DNA of 64,000 nt from Lobosporangium transversale. Lineage: Eukaryota. The notes beneath the pieces are model-generated. The model saw only the letters and a program-made list of their open reading frames with translations. It made no database searches and had not been told where the DNA came from. This document shows, piece by piece, positions 46,501-57,931 of this stretch. The position numbers and the translations under genes are program-made. The stretch is taken from assembly GCF_002105155.1 (NCBI RefSeq), contig NW_019029008.1, positions 186,001 through 250,000 of the forward strand, given 5' to 3'. Positions within the stretch are counted from its first letter, which is position 1; each line of letters starts with the position of its first letter.

Positions 46501-47891
46501 ACGAGGTAGTTCGGATGCCAACAGATCCCAATGATCCTAGACAAGTCAAGAAGAAACGGCATGTTGGTAATGATCATGTCCATATTGTTTGGTCGGAGCA
46601 TTCCAGGCCTTACGACCGTAGTACCATTGGCGGCGACTTTGGAAACGTAGTCATTGTATTGACACCTATTCCGGATATTCAGGTCGACCAAGGAGTGCTG
46701 ACAATCCATCGCCCGTCCGCCAAACATGAGGGCTCTGGCCTTGTGTCTGTTGAGGTCATCCGTGATACAAATCTCCCAGTATTTGGACCGCTAGTCGATG
46801 GTATGGTTGTACCCATGGCTCAATTAGGACGATTGGTTCGCCAGACTGCAATTCATGCGGCCAGGTTGGCTACAGCGCCACCACCGCTCCCTCCAACGCC
46901 TATGTCAGCACCATATACAGGGCCTGGAAGTACCTTTGGAAGTGCAGTCGGATCAAATTCAGGAGTCAATAACAACAACACGAGTTTCGGAAATACTGGA
47001 GGTATAGGTTCTGGCCCCAGTGGGGTAAGTGTGTCAGGTCAGCGTGGGTACCATTCACAACCCATTTCAAGTTCGCAGATTAATGCAGCAATACATGGAC
47101 ATCAGTATTATCTTTCGAGCCCTTTTACTCATGTGGGAACCCCTTCTGTGCAACACGGCAGCGGAAGTGGGACTGCGGTTGGGGGTGCCCAGAATACGGT
47201 TGGAGTTTCGTCAAGTAGTGGTGCAGGGGCCATGACTGGGTCATCAACGAACTTGCTGGCCGCAGTAACTGTCACGCCTGTCTCGGGCACAAGTCCTAGT
47301 TCTGGAACAATTAGCGACACTCTGGTAGCAGGTGGTCATCTGACAGCCAGTGCCAGTACCAGTACTCTGGGAAATGTTGGAAGTGGACCCAAAGCAGCGT
47401 CTGTATCATCACTTGTTAGTAATTCTGGAAGTATTAATGACGGAGTTAGTCGGAACAACAGCGGATCATCTAACCAAGACCAAGGAAGCCAAGCGAGTGG
47501 AGCGGCTAACAATAATAATGGCTCGCAGTCAGGCATCAATAGTTTGTCTATGTATGGTGCTATTGGGTCATCAACAGGAGGAGCAGGAGGATCAATGACG
47601 ACGCTCACCAGCATATTGGCGCAACCTCAGCAGCAACCATCCTCATTAACAGGTCAGCAAGGTGTGTCGGGGTCTACCAACACCAATGCTAATACGACAA
47701 TGTCATCAACATTCTCTGCCTCTATGTTAGCCATGACTCATAGTGCACATCCATTCAAGCAACGGTTGTCGGCAATTGAGCAGATTGTAAAGCGGCATAA
47801 GGTGGAGAAGTGGACGTTCCAGCAGTTTATGGAACAAGTGTTTGGATACTCCACATTACAGCACTCTCAAAATCAGTCCAGGAAATATTAA
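38519..47891 (+). CDS. Ral GTPase-activating protein alpha-subunit-like (C-terminal Rap/Ran-GAP domain), multi-exon
   Basis: GAP domain RETFKIAILYVAAGQE...FVHDLGWEVDLAEHNGYMGGL...EVLFH...KKRHVGNDHVHIVWSEHSRPY. N-terminal LCHKNHPRIRIFGFRLLLLW resembles the RALGAPA N-terminus. RVIIRDETGRYAWDS and SRLLLSHLG motifs. Exon structure only partly resolved. Confidence 0.85.
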
Positions 47892-47994
47892 TGGAAGGAT
47901 TGAAAAAGCCTTACTTTTTTACTTTTACTCTTTTTTTTAATTACCTTACTTCTTAATAATTTGTGCTTTCTTTACTTTGCTTTTTATTTTTCTA

Positions 47995-48030
<36 letters not shown>

Positions 48031-48380
48031 AATGCTTACTTCTTAATCATAAGGTAGTAATCTCCTATGGATGTCCCATGGCAGCCGTTCAAATATTGCT
48101 GTTATCCCCTCCTTTCCAACAATAAGGACCGTTATACCTTGTTGTTTAATAAAATAAATGCTGCTAATAGACGAATCTGATCAGGATAGTTTCCATTGAA
48201 TCCCTTCCGATCCTGGCCTTATCAATGTTCTTAATGACTCAAATTTAGCATTTATATTTTTATGTTTGATGGCGTATTTTTTTTTTTTTTTTTTTTGTCA
48301 CAACCTTTTGCCCCTTTCACCTTTAGTTCTCCAAACATTCCCTCCATCCCTTTGAACGCAAACCAAAACTTGTTCCAACA

Positions 48381-48890
48381 ATGCCACTTGTTTCTGAGCT
48401 CCAAAAAACCCTGAGGCATTGGAACATGCCCTTCTTCTCACTCTTGCTGAGAGTGATAGTACAAGTAATGATCTTGAAGGATTGAAGGAATTGTATGACT
48501 TTTTATTAGATTCGCGGTTCATTCCTGTAAATGTGTGATAAGAAAATGACTTAATCATGTCCCTTTAGAAAGACTCCCTAATTTTCCAGAGAGTGAGTTT
48601 CGTTCGATGTTCAAGACAACACGAACGGATTTCTTAGCTCTTCTGGAGATAATTGAAAACCACGCTATTTCGTGCAACTCTTCAATGTATCCTCAAGCCT
48701 TGGCAATTGGCAGTTGCCCTGACCCGGCTTGGCGTAAATGGCACTGGAGTGAGTGTTTCAAAGATGCAAGCAATCATTGGAATCAGTATTGGGGCGACAG
48801 CGCTTTATGCCGGTCGTGTTTTTGCAAGCGTTGTATGACATGAAGGATGACTGGATTATGTGGCCAGATACCGCAAGGAGGAGGGAATAA
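48381..48890 (+). mobile_element. PIF/Harbinger transposase relic, N-terminal/HTH half
   Basis: Frameshifted reading ESEFRSMFKTTRTDFLALLEIIENH...PQ / PWQLAVALTRLGVNGTGVSV...GISIGATALYAGRV / DWIMWPDTARRRE*, matching the fungal Harbinger transposase N-terminal region. Confidence 0.75.
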
Positions 48891-49249
48891 ATTCCTCTCA
48901 TATTATCCTCACATACATCTTTTTTCATATGGAGTTTCATAAACTTACTCTTATAACGTGTCCCATTCAACTTCCATATAGCTTCAATTCAAGAACTGGG
49001 CCCATGGGTTCTTGGCGGAAACATTCCAAACGCAAAATCATTTTCAATCACTTTTTTTTTTTTTTTTTTTTTTAGGTTTTTCTTCAAGCACGGGAACCAT
49101 TGCAGTTAGAATGACTAATGTCCAGAAAAAAAATCTCGTGAACAATCCTCTGCCTATGATCACAGCTTTCAGAATAGAAATCTTTTCATTTTCGGTTTCG
49201 TAACAATCAAAGTTCGAGGAGAACGATGGTGACCGAAATAATCGGCGTC

Positions 49250-49890
49250 GTCTTCGCCCATGACGTTGACAAGCCTATTCTTGTTGCGACAAGGATCAAC
49301 ATTTGTCATTTGCAAACCTTCAATACATCTTCCTTTTTCTGTGAGTTGATTCTGTTTTGACACAAAGCCCTTGAGACCGCACAATATTCCAAAATGTTTG
49401 CATAGCTGTTTGCCTGGAGCACATGTGCTTTGACCCTGCATCGGGATCTTGAAGTCCCGATGCAGTTATCGATCCTGATACGGCCTTTAGCAACACAAAA
49501 ATTGATTTCCTTGCTTTCAATTTTGTTTGCTGCAATAGTCTTGCATGGGGGGACACAGGTCTTCGATAAGCCATACTGTAAGGGTTTTAGGATACTTGAA
49601 TTAAGCTATTGTTCTTCTTATCTAGAATCGACTATATATACTGCAATAAAGGTAGTTTTAGAAATATCTAGAAGTGTTTGATGGGTATTCGTACTGAGGC
49701 TTGGGAGTACATTCAAAGACACTTTCATCTTTATCCCTAAGGTCAGAACAAAAGACTCTAGGCTGGTGACAATAATAAGAACATCCTTTGATCTCTTTGA
49801 CCTCGAATCCATAAAACATCTCAGTATTTCTTCCCGCTGATGCACCCGATAGAATCGGGAAAGCCTTCCTTCACAACTTGTGGCTTTCCC
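49250..49890 (-). mobile_element. PIF/Harbinger transposase relic, catalytic DDE half (opposite strand)
   Basis: QVVKEGFPDSIGCISG (cf. GFPxCxGxxDG), YIVDS (cf. ADSAY), YGLSKTCVPPCK...EINFCVAKGRIRIDNCIG (cf. FN..AxAR..IEHxxG). Confidence 0.7.
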
Positions 49891-50755
49891 GAAGGATAGC
49901 CCCGGCACCTAACGCTTTGCCTTTCTCACGCAACTGTTGCGGGTGGCGAGAAGAGTTACGGATAGGATGTATTCTCCATGGTCGATGAGACAAGAATAAT
50001 GATATGGTCACCAGCCTGAGGACGAAGTTCATATGCACATGCACGTGCTGAAAGGCAAATGTGGCTTGCTCTTGCAGACACTTCTCTCTCAGGCTGGGAA
50101 CAAACTTGATACTTTGGTGGAGGTCTCTTTTTTAATTGAAAAAATTCCAGTACGATGCATCATGAAGAACATCAGAGGTTAATAAGTCAAAAAAAGATAC
50201 AACTATCTGATAAAGCCAACTCGGAAAATAGACGAATAACACGATCCAAGAGAATGGGATCATAACGCTCATAAGAGTATCACAGAGGTTTTTACTATAT
50301 CGTGGGACATTTTCCTCTGGCAAAAGTAACAATCTGCGCGTTGAGGTTTATTTTTTCTTCACAGGTTTTGTTTTAATTTCCTGAGTGGAGTGACAGAGAT
50401 CATGTGTAAACAATGTCAATTAAGTTAAACCATTGCAAGCACCACATTATCCGAGTATTTATTCATTCATTTTCTATATATAAAATTAAGATCCTATTTA
50501 TGTGGGCTGCATTTATCCTTTTGTTCGTGTGATCAAATATGCAGTTAAACCAAATATGCAACAACAGTTATGACAGGCCCTCAATAAGTGTGTGTGTAGG
50601 ACCGATTAAAAGGCGCCATCCCCTTTGTCTAAAGGGTAAGTGGATAATGATGGCTTCATTCATAAAGGATGTACTATTGTAAAAAAACCCTCAAGGAACA
50701 GGTATAATGCTTTTCTTTTACAACACAAATTTCATCCACTTGATTGGTATTCGAT

Positions 50756-52645
50756 TTAATTCTTCAGATTCGTACCGGCTGCTCCTACTGAATATGCAGC
50801 ATCGATGTCGATTTTTATGACACGCTGTCTTACATGTTTCAAGCATTCAGGTATTGCCTTGGCATCCTGACCATCGTTGGTAACAAACCTTTGAGCCTTA
50901 AAATTGTCATATATGTATCCTGGTACCACAAAGTAGAGGAAAATGGTATCATCACTTCCATTCGACTTTGATCGGTTTCCCTTCGAGCAGGGTCCAGTAA
51001 TATAATCAATTATATCCTTAAATGGTGCTTGCTTGATCGGATGATTCTCTGATACTGTGACCTGAAATAGCTTGTTGGGTCCCAATGCAAAATCGATGCA
51101 CGGAAAGTTGGGTAAAGATGGTAGAAACAACTTGTCTGTTGTTTTGGAGAATGTTGAAAAATCTGCTGCAGTCTTGGTAAATAATACTTCCGAGTCCCTC
51201 GGAAGATCAAAGAATCCTGTTTCGTCTGACTGAAGATCCTTAAATGGAAACCGAAGTCCACCACATCGAATTAAATAGTGAACATAGAGTTCAAACGAAG
51301 GTCCTTTTTTTATTTCACTGCCAGCTTTGGCAAGTCGCTTCAACTCGTCGATCCAAGTCTGATCTTGTAATTCCATGATGATACGTGATCGAACATAAGG
51401 AGATGCCCATACCAGGTGGAAGCGGAGGTGGTCAGAAGTGGGGACTCTATGGAGTAAATGACTACCCGCTTTATCTCCTGGAATAAAGAGGTTTGAAAGA
51501 TTTCTTGGGAACTTGAGTAGGCCAATGGCAGCATTGACACACTGAAACGCAGCTTTCCTAGCACAGTCAATATCTTCTTGATATTCAGATAGTACATCAG
51601 ATGGACCCTGTAGGACCTGTCTCGGCACACCCCCCAAGTTGCAAAAAAGCTCCTCCAAAAATTCTTGATCCACTGAATGATAATCCTCTACATTGGCTCT
51701 ACATTCCTTAAGCTCGTCCAAACTCCAGAGTGACATGTGATAGTAGCTAGATAGTGTAGTACCCCTGACGAATTCACCGTACTGTTCACTGAGAGCTCTT
51801 GGTGATGCCGTAAATATCGTCCTGGCTTGATCTGGTTGAGGATTGTCACCACTATCAACTAAGTACCACGTTTCAGGTTGATCAAGGAATTTTTTGAACG
51901 TTTCTATATTTCCATAACTTTGGCAAGTTGTTCCTCCATAAGCATAGCATCTAGTACTCTTCTTCTCTTGGAAAATAATAATCGGTGGGTTTTCCTCATC
52001 GTGTTCGGCAAGGAGGCGGATGGCAAAATAGACCAAAAAGGCTGACTTCCCAATTCCAGGTGTTCCAGTGACAAAGAGTCGATTCAAACGAGATACTTCA
52101 TAAGGGGTACTGAGTTCGGCTGTAATATGGTCATAAAGCTCTTTATATTCTTCTCTGATATAAAGATGCCGTGTATTAACAATAGGGAAGGTACGACCCT
52201 CAGGGGCAGTCAATATTTTGGAATCCTTGATACCTTCACCAGAATTTCGGAGCTCACGAGCCACGTCACTAATGTTGTAGTAATCACTATCTACTGATGC
52301 CTCCCCCATGTACGAAAGCACCTTGATCCTCTCTTTTGAGTTGAGAGGCGAGATGGCAGGGTAACCATTCACTATCCCTTTCGTTACAAGCCCTGCTTCT
52401 GTTATCGCATCCATAAGAGCATCAGGGCGGCCTGTGCTACTCATGCTTGGATCGATAACGCAGTTCAGCTCCAGCAGCGGTGAGATGGCGCGCTTTTTTC
52501 GTTGTGGGTGTTGGTTTTCTCTTTTTCGTTTATTGAGTGTGGAGGCATCCTCAGGCTTATTTGCAGTCATTTTTATTTGTGCTTGGCTCCTTGTGGAATC
52601 ATTTGCAGCTATGTTTTTTTGTGTTGAACTCCTTGTGGCGACCAT
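50756..52645 (-). CDS. Crinkler/RHS-type P-loop NTPase + C-terminal restriction-endonuclease-fold protein, copy A (629 aa, intronless)
   Basis: ATG at 52645. LYIRE.Y..L, Walker A VTGTPGIGKS, WYLVDS, T.FTASP, W..DEL..C, GGVPR.VL, then G..FE.YVH, P...NFP.ID, LFQVTVSENHPI, LYFVVP...Y..F..Q. Confidence 0.85.
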   Translation of the reverse strand: MVATRSSTQKNIAANDSTRSQAQIKMTANKPEDASTLNKRKRENQHPQRKKRAISPLLELNCVIDPSMSSTGRPDALMDAITEAGLVTKGIVNGYPAISPLNSKERIKVLSYMGEASVDSDYYNISDVARELRNSGEGIKDSKILTAPEGRTFPIVNTRHLYIREEYKELYDHITAELSTPYEVSRLNRLFVTGTPGIGKSAFLVYFAIRLLAEHDEENPPIIIFQEKKSTRCYAYGGTTCQSYGNIETFKKFLDQPETWYLVDSGDNPQPDQARTIFTASPRALSEQYGEFVRGTTLSSYYHMSLWSLDELKECRANVEDYHSVDQEFLEELFCNLGGVPRQVLQGPSDVLSEYQEDIDCARKAAFQCVNAAIGLLKFPRNLSNLFIPGDKAGSHLLHRVPTSDHLRFHLVWASPYVRSRIIMELQDQTWIDELKRLAKAGSEIKKGPSFELYVHYLIRCGGLRFPFKDLQSDETGFFDLPRDSEVLFTKTAADFSTFSKTTDKLFLPSLPNFPCIDFALGPNKLFQVTVSENHPIKQAPFKDIIDYITGPCSKGNRSKSNGSDDTIFLYFVVPGYIYDNFKAQRFVTNDGQDAKAIPECLKHVRQRVIKIDIDAAYSVGAAGTNLKN

Positions 52646-52713
52646 TGTTAATAAAGATAAGTAAGACTGAGTATGGTTGAAATGCTGGGAGAAAATGAAA
52701 AACGAGTAAGGCA

Positions 52714-52793
52714 AAAGGAAAGGAAAGGAAAGGAAAGGAAAGGAAAGGAAAGGAAAGGAAAGGAAAGGAGAGGAAAGGAAAGGAAAGGAAAGG
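52714..52793. repeat. (GGAAA)n pentanucleotide microsatellite just upstream of copy A
   Basis: About 15 units, one variant (ggaga). Confidence 0.95.
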
Positions 52794-53938
52794 TGATGAA
52801 CGAAGGCTTGGAATAAACGAAAAAGGAAGTTGAGTTCCTTAATTCAAGACCGTGAGAAAATCAATCACATGCCATTTTCTTGATCATTGTCACGTAAAAA
52901 CGGATAGGATGCATTTGTTTTTTTATTTTATTTGATTATGTAATCAATCAAACATCAAAGGAAATTGGTTGCGTAATGCAGCAAGCCACGCAGTGTGTGG
53001 CTATCGGGACTCTTGCGCATGCAGATCACACAGCAGCTTTTTTCTTATTCAAGCTAATAGTCCTGGAGGCTGATACCCACTCTGGTAGACAAATACCTCA
53101 TCATACCAAGCGGTGCAGTCGCCTTTACTTCACTTGACGGAAATCGATGTCAGTGGCTCCTCTCTCTCACCCATTCATTCACACACACACACACACACAG
53201 TCTCTCTCTCTACATCTATCACTACATGAAATGTCAAAATTGAAAGACCCAAAAGTAAGAATCCAAGGTATTGATTAGGGGGATGCTTTATTCAAGTGAA
53301 GCTAATTAGAGCTGTCAGTGTGGAAATGAGGCTCTATATCATATATATACTATATTCCACATACTATCTATATACCACTGAAGCAACCTCAGAGCTCGGT
53401 CAAGTTGAGGAGGTGATATCGCAGCAGCTTCCGTGCTTCCATTTTTTTTTTTTTCCTTCTTTTTCCTGCCTATATCGGATATTCAATCTTTGTCTGGATA
53501 AAACTGTGCATTTATCATTTCATTCAGACTAACCCTAGCCTTTACCTTGGAAGCTACAACATTTATATATATCGTCGTTTAACAAAACAGCAATGGATAA
53601 AATTAAGGATGCAATGTGCGGTTCAATTCAGAGTATATATACGTATATATATATATATATATATATATATTCTAAAGTCCAACCAGCCTCTGAATCTCAC
53701 TGAGATTGGGCGGAGCAATTTCAGAAGTCCGTTCGGCTCCTCCTCAGAATAAGAAGCCCATGCTACTACACTCATCATCAGCGTAGTGAATCTCGGCTCA
53801 TTACCATTCATGTGGGCTATACACCTATCATACAAGCTATATACCCAATAGAAATGGACAATCAATCAATCTCTCAGTTGACTGCAATAGATACTACTTG
53901 ATCTGTCTGCATCATAAGATCTTCATCTCAGAACTTGG

Positions 53939-54059
53939 TGAAATACCCCAGGACCATAGTGTGTAGCAAGAACGAAAGAAAGATGTGTTTACTATAATCC
54001 AGCGATCTTCGTTAAATAAAAAGAGTAAAAATCTTAAGTCTCACAAATGCCTGCTAATC
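53939..54059. repeat. Dispersed repeat, copy 2 (homologous to 22763-22884)
   Basis: Same exact 16-nt and 20-nt blocks as copy 1, same orientation. Confidence 0.85.
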
Positions 54060-55209
54060 ATGACGTTTGATAGTACAGTAAAAGGGCGGTTGAAACTCAT
54101 CTGAACGATGTGAATTAAAATGCCCACTGTCTTGATAACTCATAAAAGCTTGAAAAAGCATCCATTGGAATGACAACTTGCTGGATAAATACTGAGGTTT
54201 AAAGTATGAAATCAAGTGGTCATGAATATGTTTTAGAATTTATTCATCCCCAAGGTACTGTGAGTGCATGAGAAGCTAGAGTACCTTGACATTCGTTCAA
54301 GCCCAACCATCATAGCCTGGAGTACAAACGCAAAGTGAGGGAGTTTGGTTGATTTTCCATGCAAGTTTATTAATGGTAATATTTTTCGTGCTGAGATTGT
54401 AACAAGGAACCCAGGGTAATAGGGGACTTTTTCTATTCCCTGCAAATAATAGCATTGTTTTGTATTGAAGGGGGCACGTGTATTTTGCTGAAAACACAGA
54501 TGTATACTCTAATAAAGGAAGTGCTAGAGGAACAGGTGCCAGCCAGCCAATTTCAGTGGCCGCAATTGTCAGTCAGTAGGACAGGATAGGGTTCTGTTTT
54601 CCATATAGTAGGCTTTTCATGGATCTCAATGAGGTTTTCCTTCAAAGTTTGAATATCCTAAACCCAGTCTCGATGTCACTTAAATTCTTTTTTTTTAGCA
54701 GGCACTTTTGGCGTTATGAAGGAGACTTCTACTAGCAATTAGCAGAAAAAGATACTCTTGCATCTCTGAAATAAAATATTCCGTTTTCCTTACGTGAAAC
54801 CTTATTTCTAGCAGGGAGTCAAAGAGCCTTTTTTTCATTTTTTTTTTTTTTTTTTTTTTGGGATCTCAGCGCAACAAAGGATCATCTATTTAGAGTTCTT
54901 CGTTGGGCAAGAAATTGTATAAAAAGCCCATAATCGCCCTACTACTTCTCTCAAAACTCATCAAAGTCTTCGCCACCTCCTTTTAAACCAAACATTTCCC
55001 TACTCACCTCACCCTAGTGGCTCTGATAAGACGAATCTCGATTTGTCCATGCTGCTTATTTACCCACCTCGCGTTGTTGTGATGCAGCGAAGGCCTGAAT
55101 CAGAGTGGAGTTTTGAGCCAGCCAACTAGACTTATTCGCCAGCTGCTTTAGCGTCTTATGGTCATGGATCGATTTCAACGTGAGGCGCTTTTGAACTGAA
55201 CTCTTGAAA

Positions 55210-55240
<31 letters not shown>

Positions 55241-56139
55241 GTATAAAAGAACGTGATTTCATGGCTTTAGTTGCTGTACATGTTGATTTTGTAGTCTTAT
55301 TCTATCTTGTACCGGTTGTACCTGACGGTAGGAAATAAAGCTGCTTGATTGATTTGAATCTATCCATCTGGACACAATTCTAGTCCAGCATACTTTGATT
55401 CCCTTCTGTATTACATTCGTGGACTGTACCAAAATCATCTGAATTGAATATTCGTTGTCGTTGCTTGTCAGGATGTCGGCCTCACTCTTACTGTGCCCCT
55501 CTGCCATTAAGTACCTGGATCGCATCCTCTCTTTGTATGTGCCGTGGGGTGAAGGAGTATGTTTGAGCTGTGGGTGGTAAAGGGGGGGGGGGGAAGGGAG
55601 GGATAGAGTATGATAAATTGTTCTTTCGCAAACTATAAATGGATGCTCTATTCGACTTTACATTTTCAAACATATCTGGGACCCCATCTACAAAAATTAT
55701 CAGCGTGCGAAGCTGTAAGAGAATGAGGGAAAGGAGGAACTGCAGGGCTCCATGCTAGCCCCGAGCCAGGGACCCCGTGAAGCTTTGAATTGGTTCTATT
55801 TATTTTCAACCAACACCGCACACTGCAATCTCAAACCCTCTATTGAAACATGTGACATTCGGATTACTTCCTTATTCCACTTTATTTTACCCCAATGGCG
55901 CGAGGACAGGATAAACGATCAAGCCAACTGTTGTACTATGGTATCCTTATTTTAATACCTATCTAGCGTACAAAAAGCAGTCAATGGCTGCTGCCGAAAG
56001 TTGCGTGCAAACAGTTAATTCACATCATTAACCGCATCAGAATGATGTATTTGCAAGGCAACAAGCGCCTTGATAATATCTCTTTTCACCGATGGAGGAA
56101 ACACATTTTTTATTTTATTTTTATTTTTATTTCTTTCTT

Positions 56140-57735
56140 TTACACGGGTTCAGCTGCCTCTATGGCTATATCAGTCCGCCGCATTTTTCTTGGGTTGTCA
56201 CTGCCCTCACTATCGCTACTGTTATGGCCGCTATTGCTTTCATTATTATCGGCATTGTCATTGCTATGGTTAAACGCAACTGTCTCGGCCTCGCTGTTAA
56301 GGGTCCCTTCCCGTTTTCGCTTCTTGTACTCTTGCGCTTTGAAATACCACCAATTGGGGCCGTCGCGCTCCATTTCTGCCTTACAAGTCCTCATCTTTCG
56401 ATGCTGCTTAGATCGGAGATGTTGCTCCCAGCTAGTAGGGCCGTGGATAATGACAGGTGGGATCGGCTCTACAGATCCTTGAGGCGCGTACTTGTCATGC
56501 ATAATCCGCTGCATCTCCGTGCAAATAGTACACTCCCTCTTTTCCCATGACTCCAACGCTGCTACAACACTATCAATGAAAGACGAGAGGAAGATGCAAA
56601 TGTTGGTTGTTGTAAGGCCAGCTAAATATCAATGGTGGTGAAGACTTGGATCATTTCTTATTTGGCTCTGCTTACTCAAGGTCACGCTGTACTGTGAGCA
56701 TCTCTTTGGCATAAGAATTAAGGCTTTCAGGAGCTGGAAGACTGTTTCCAGCGAAGAAATCTAATTAGATCATAGTGTCATTGTGTATAAGTGTATAAGA
56801 ATGCATCAATAAAAAAAGCTTTGAACCAAAATTGAAAAACACTTAGCCAATCACACTTACCTTTTGCTATTTTAACAGCAACGTTCTCGACATTCTCTTT
56901 CCAAGTATCCAGTGCTAATAAAAAAAAATCATTGATATTGGTTTATCATGCGGGGCAATCAGCAGATGCCACTCAAGCAATATATGGATCGTTGTACTTA
57001 CAGGTTGCATCAAGCAGAAATAGCTTGACATCTTTTTCACGACAGAGTGGGAGCAGCTTATTCCGGATCCAAAGGACCTGTCGCTTAGCATACTGCCTTG
57101 TGCGCGTTTTCATAGTCTCTGTGCACTCTGCTTTTAGCGTCTCTAATTCATTTGTATCTGTGCAGAGAGCGAGAGTTAGAGCCATATACATGTGAACATG
57201 ATAATGAGGATAGGACTAAAATAATAAAAACTCATTTCTCTCCTTTTTTATTTACCTGTTGGTCGATTGTCTCTTATTGCTTCTTCCACAGCTGTGAAAT
57301 ACGAGTCAAATTCTTTATAGCCTGTGTATCACATTAAATATTAGGGTACAGAGCTGTCAATAAAGTCGTCCGCGTCTGCAGTGTGATAATGAAGCGACAT
57401 TTACAATGTTGAGTATTCGTTAATATAAATCCAAATTTTACCGATGGCTTGCCATATCCCGCGCTCGTAGTCAGTATCTGGACCGACATTCGCTCGCATA
57501 CCTTTAATCTCTTCGAAAAGACCACCCTAATGTCGATCGAGCAAAAAAAAAAAAAAAAAAAAAAAAAAGATTAGATATAGCCAACGCACCATATACAGTT
57601 TGATAAGAACACATTATTAATTGTCGAATTGTTTAAAGCACCTTGACCATAGCGTCAACTCTTGCATCCAAACGCGCGTTAAGGACATCCTGTGTGGAAT
57701 AAACCCAAAATATACATGACGGCATCCTAAAATAG

Positions 57736-57770
<35 letters not shown>

Positions 57771-57900
57771 TTTTTAAACAGGCACCTATTCAGCTATAGC
57801 ATTTAGTTGCATTTTTTTTTATACCTCAGTCTTTCATTATCTGGCACTGTATGTTGCTTCTTTATCAGATCGCTCTGGCTCTGCCCAGTTTCGAAATACA

Positions 57901-57931
<31 letters not shown>

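Noticed and set aside
50590..50625. Poly(A) tail, TSD or TIR at the shared 3' boundary of copies A/B/C
   Set aside because: None is visible, so retroposition or cut-and-paste mobility is not asserted.
51010..51630. Alternative-frame ORFs conserved between copies A and C
   Set aside because: Their conservation follows from the nucleotide identity of the duplicates.
52646..52714. Upstream non-ATG start given in the ORF track for copy A
   Set aside because: It begins at a TTG beside the GGAAA microsatellite. The first ATG at 52645 is more plausible for a eukaryote.
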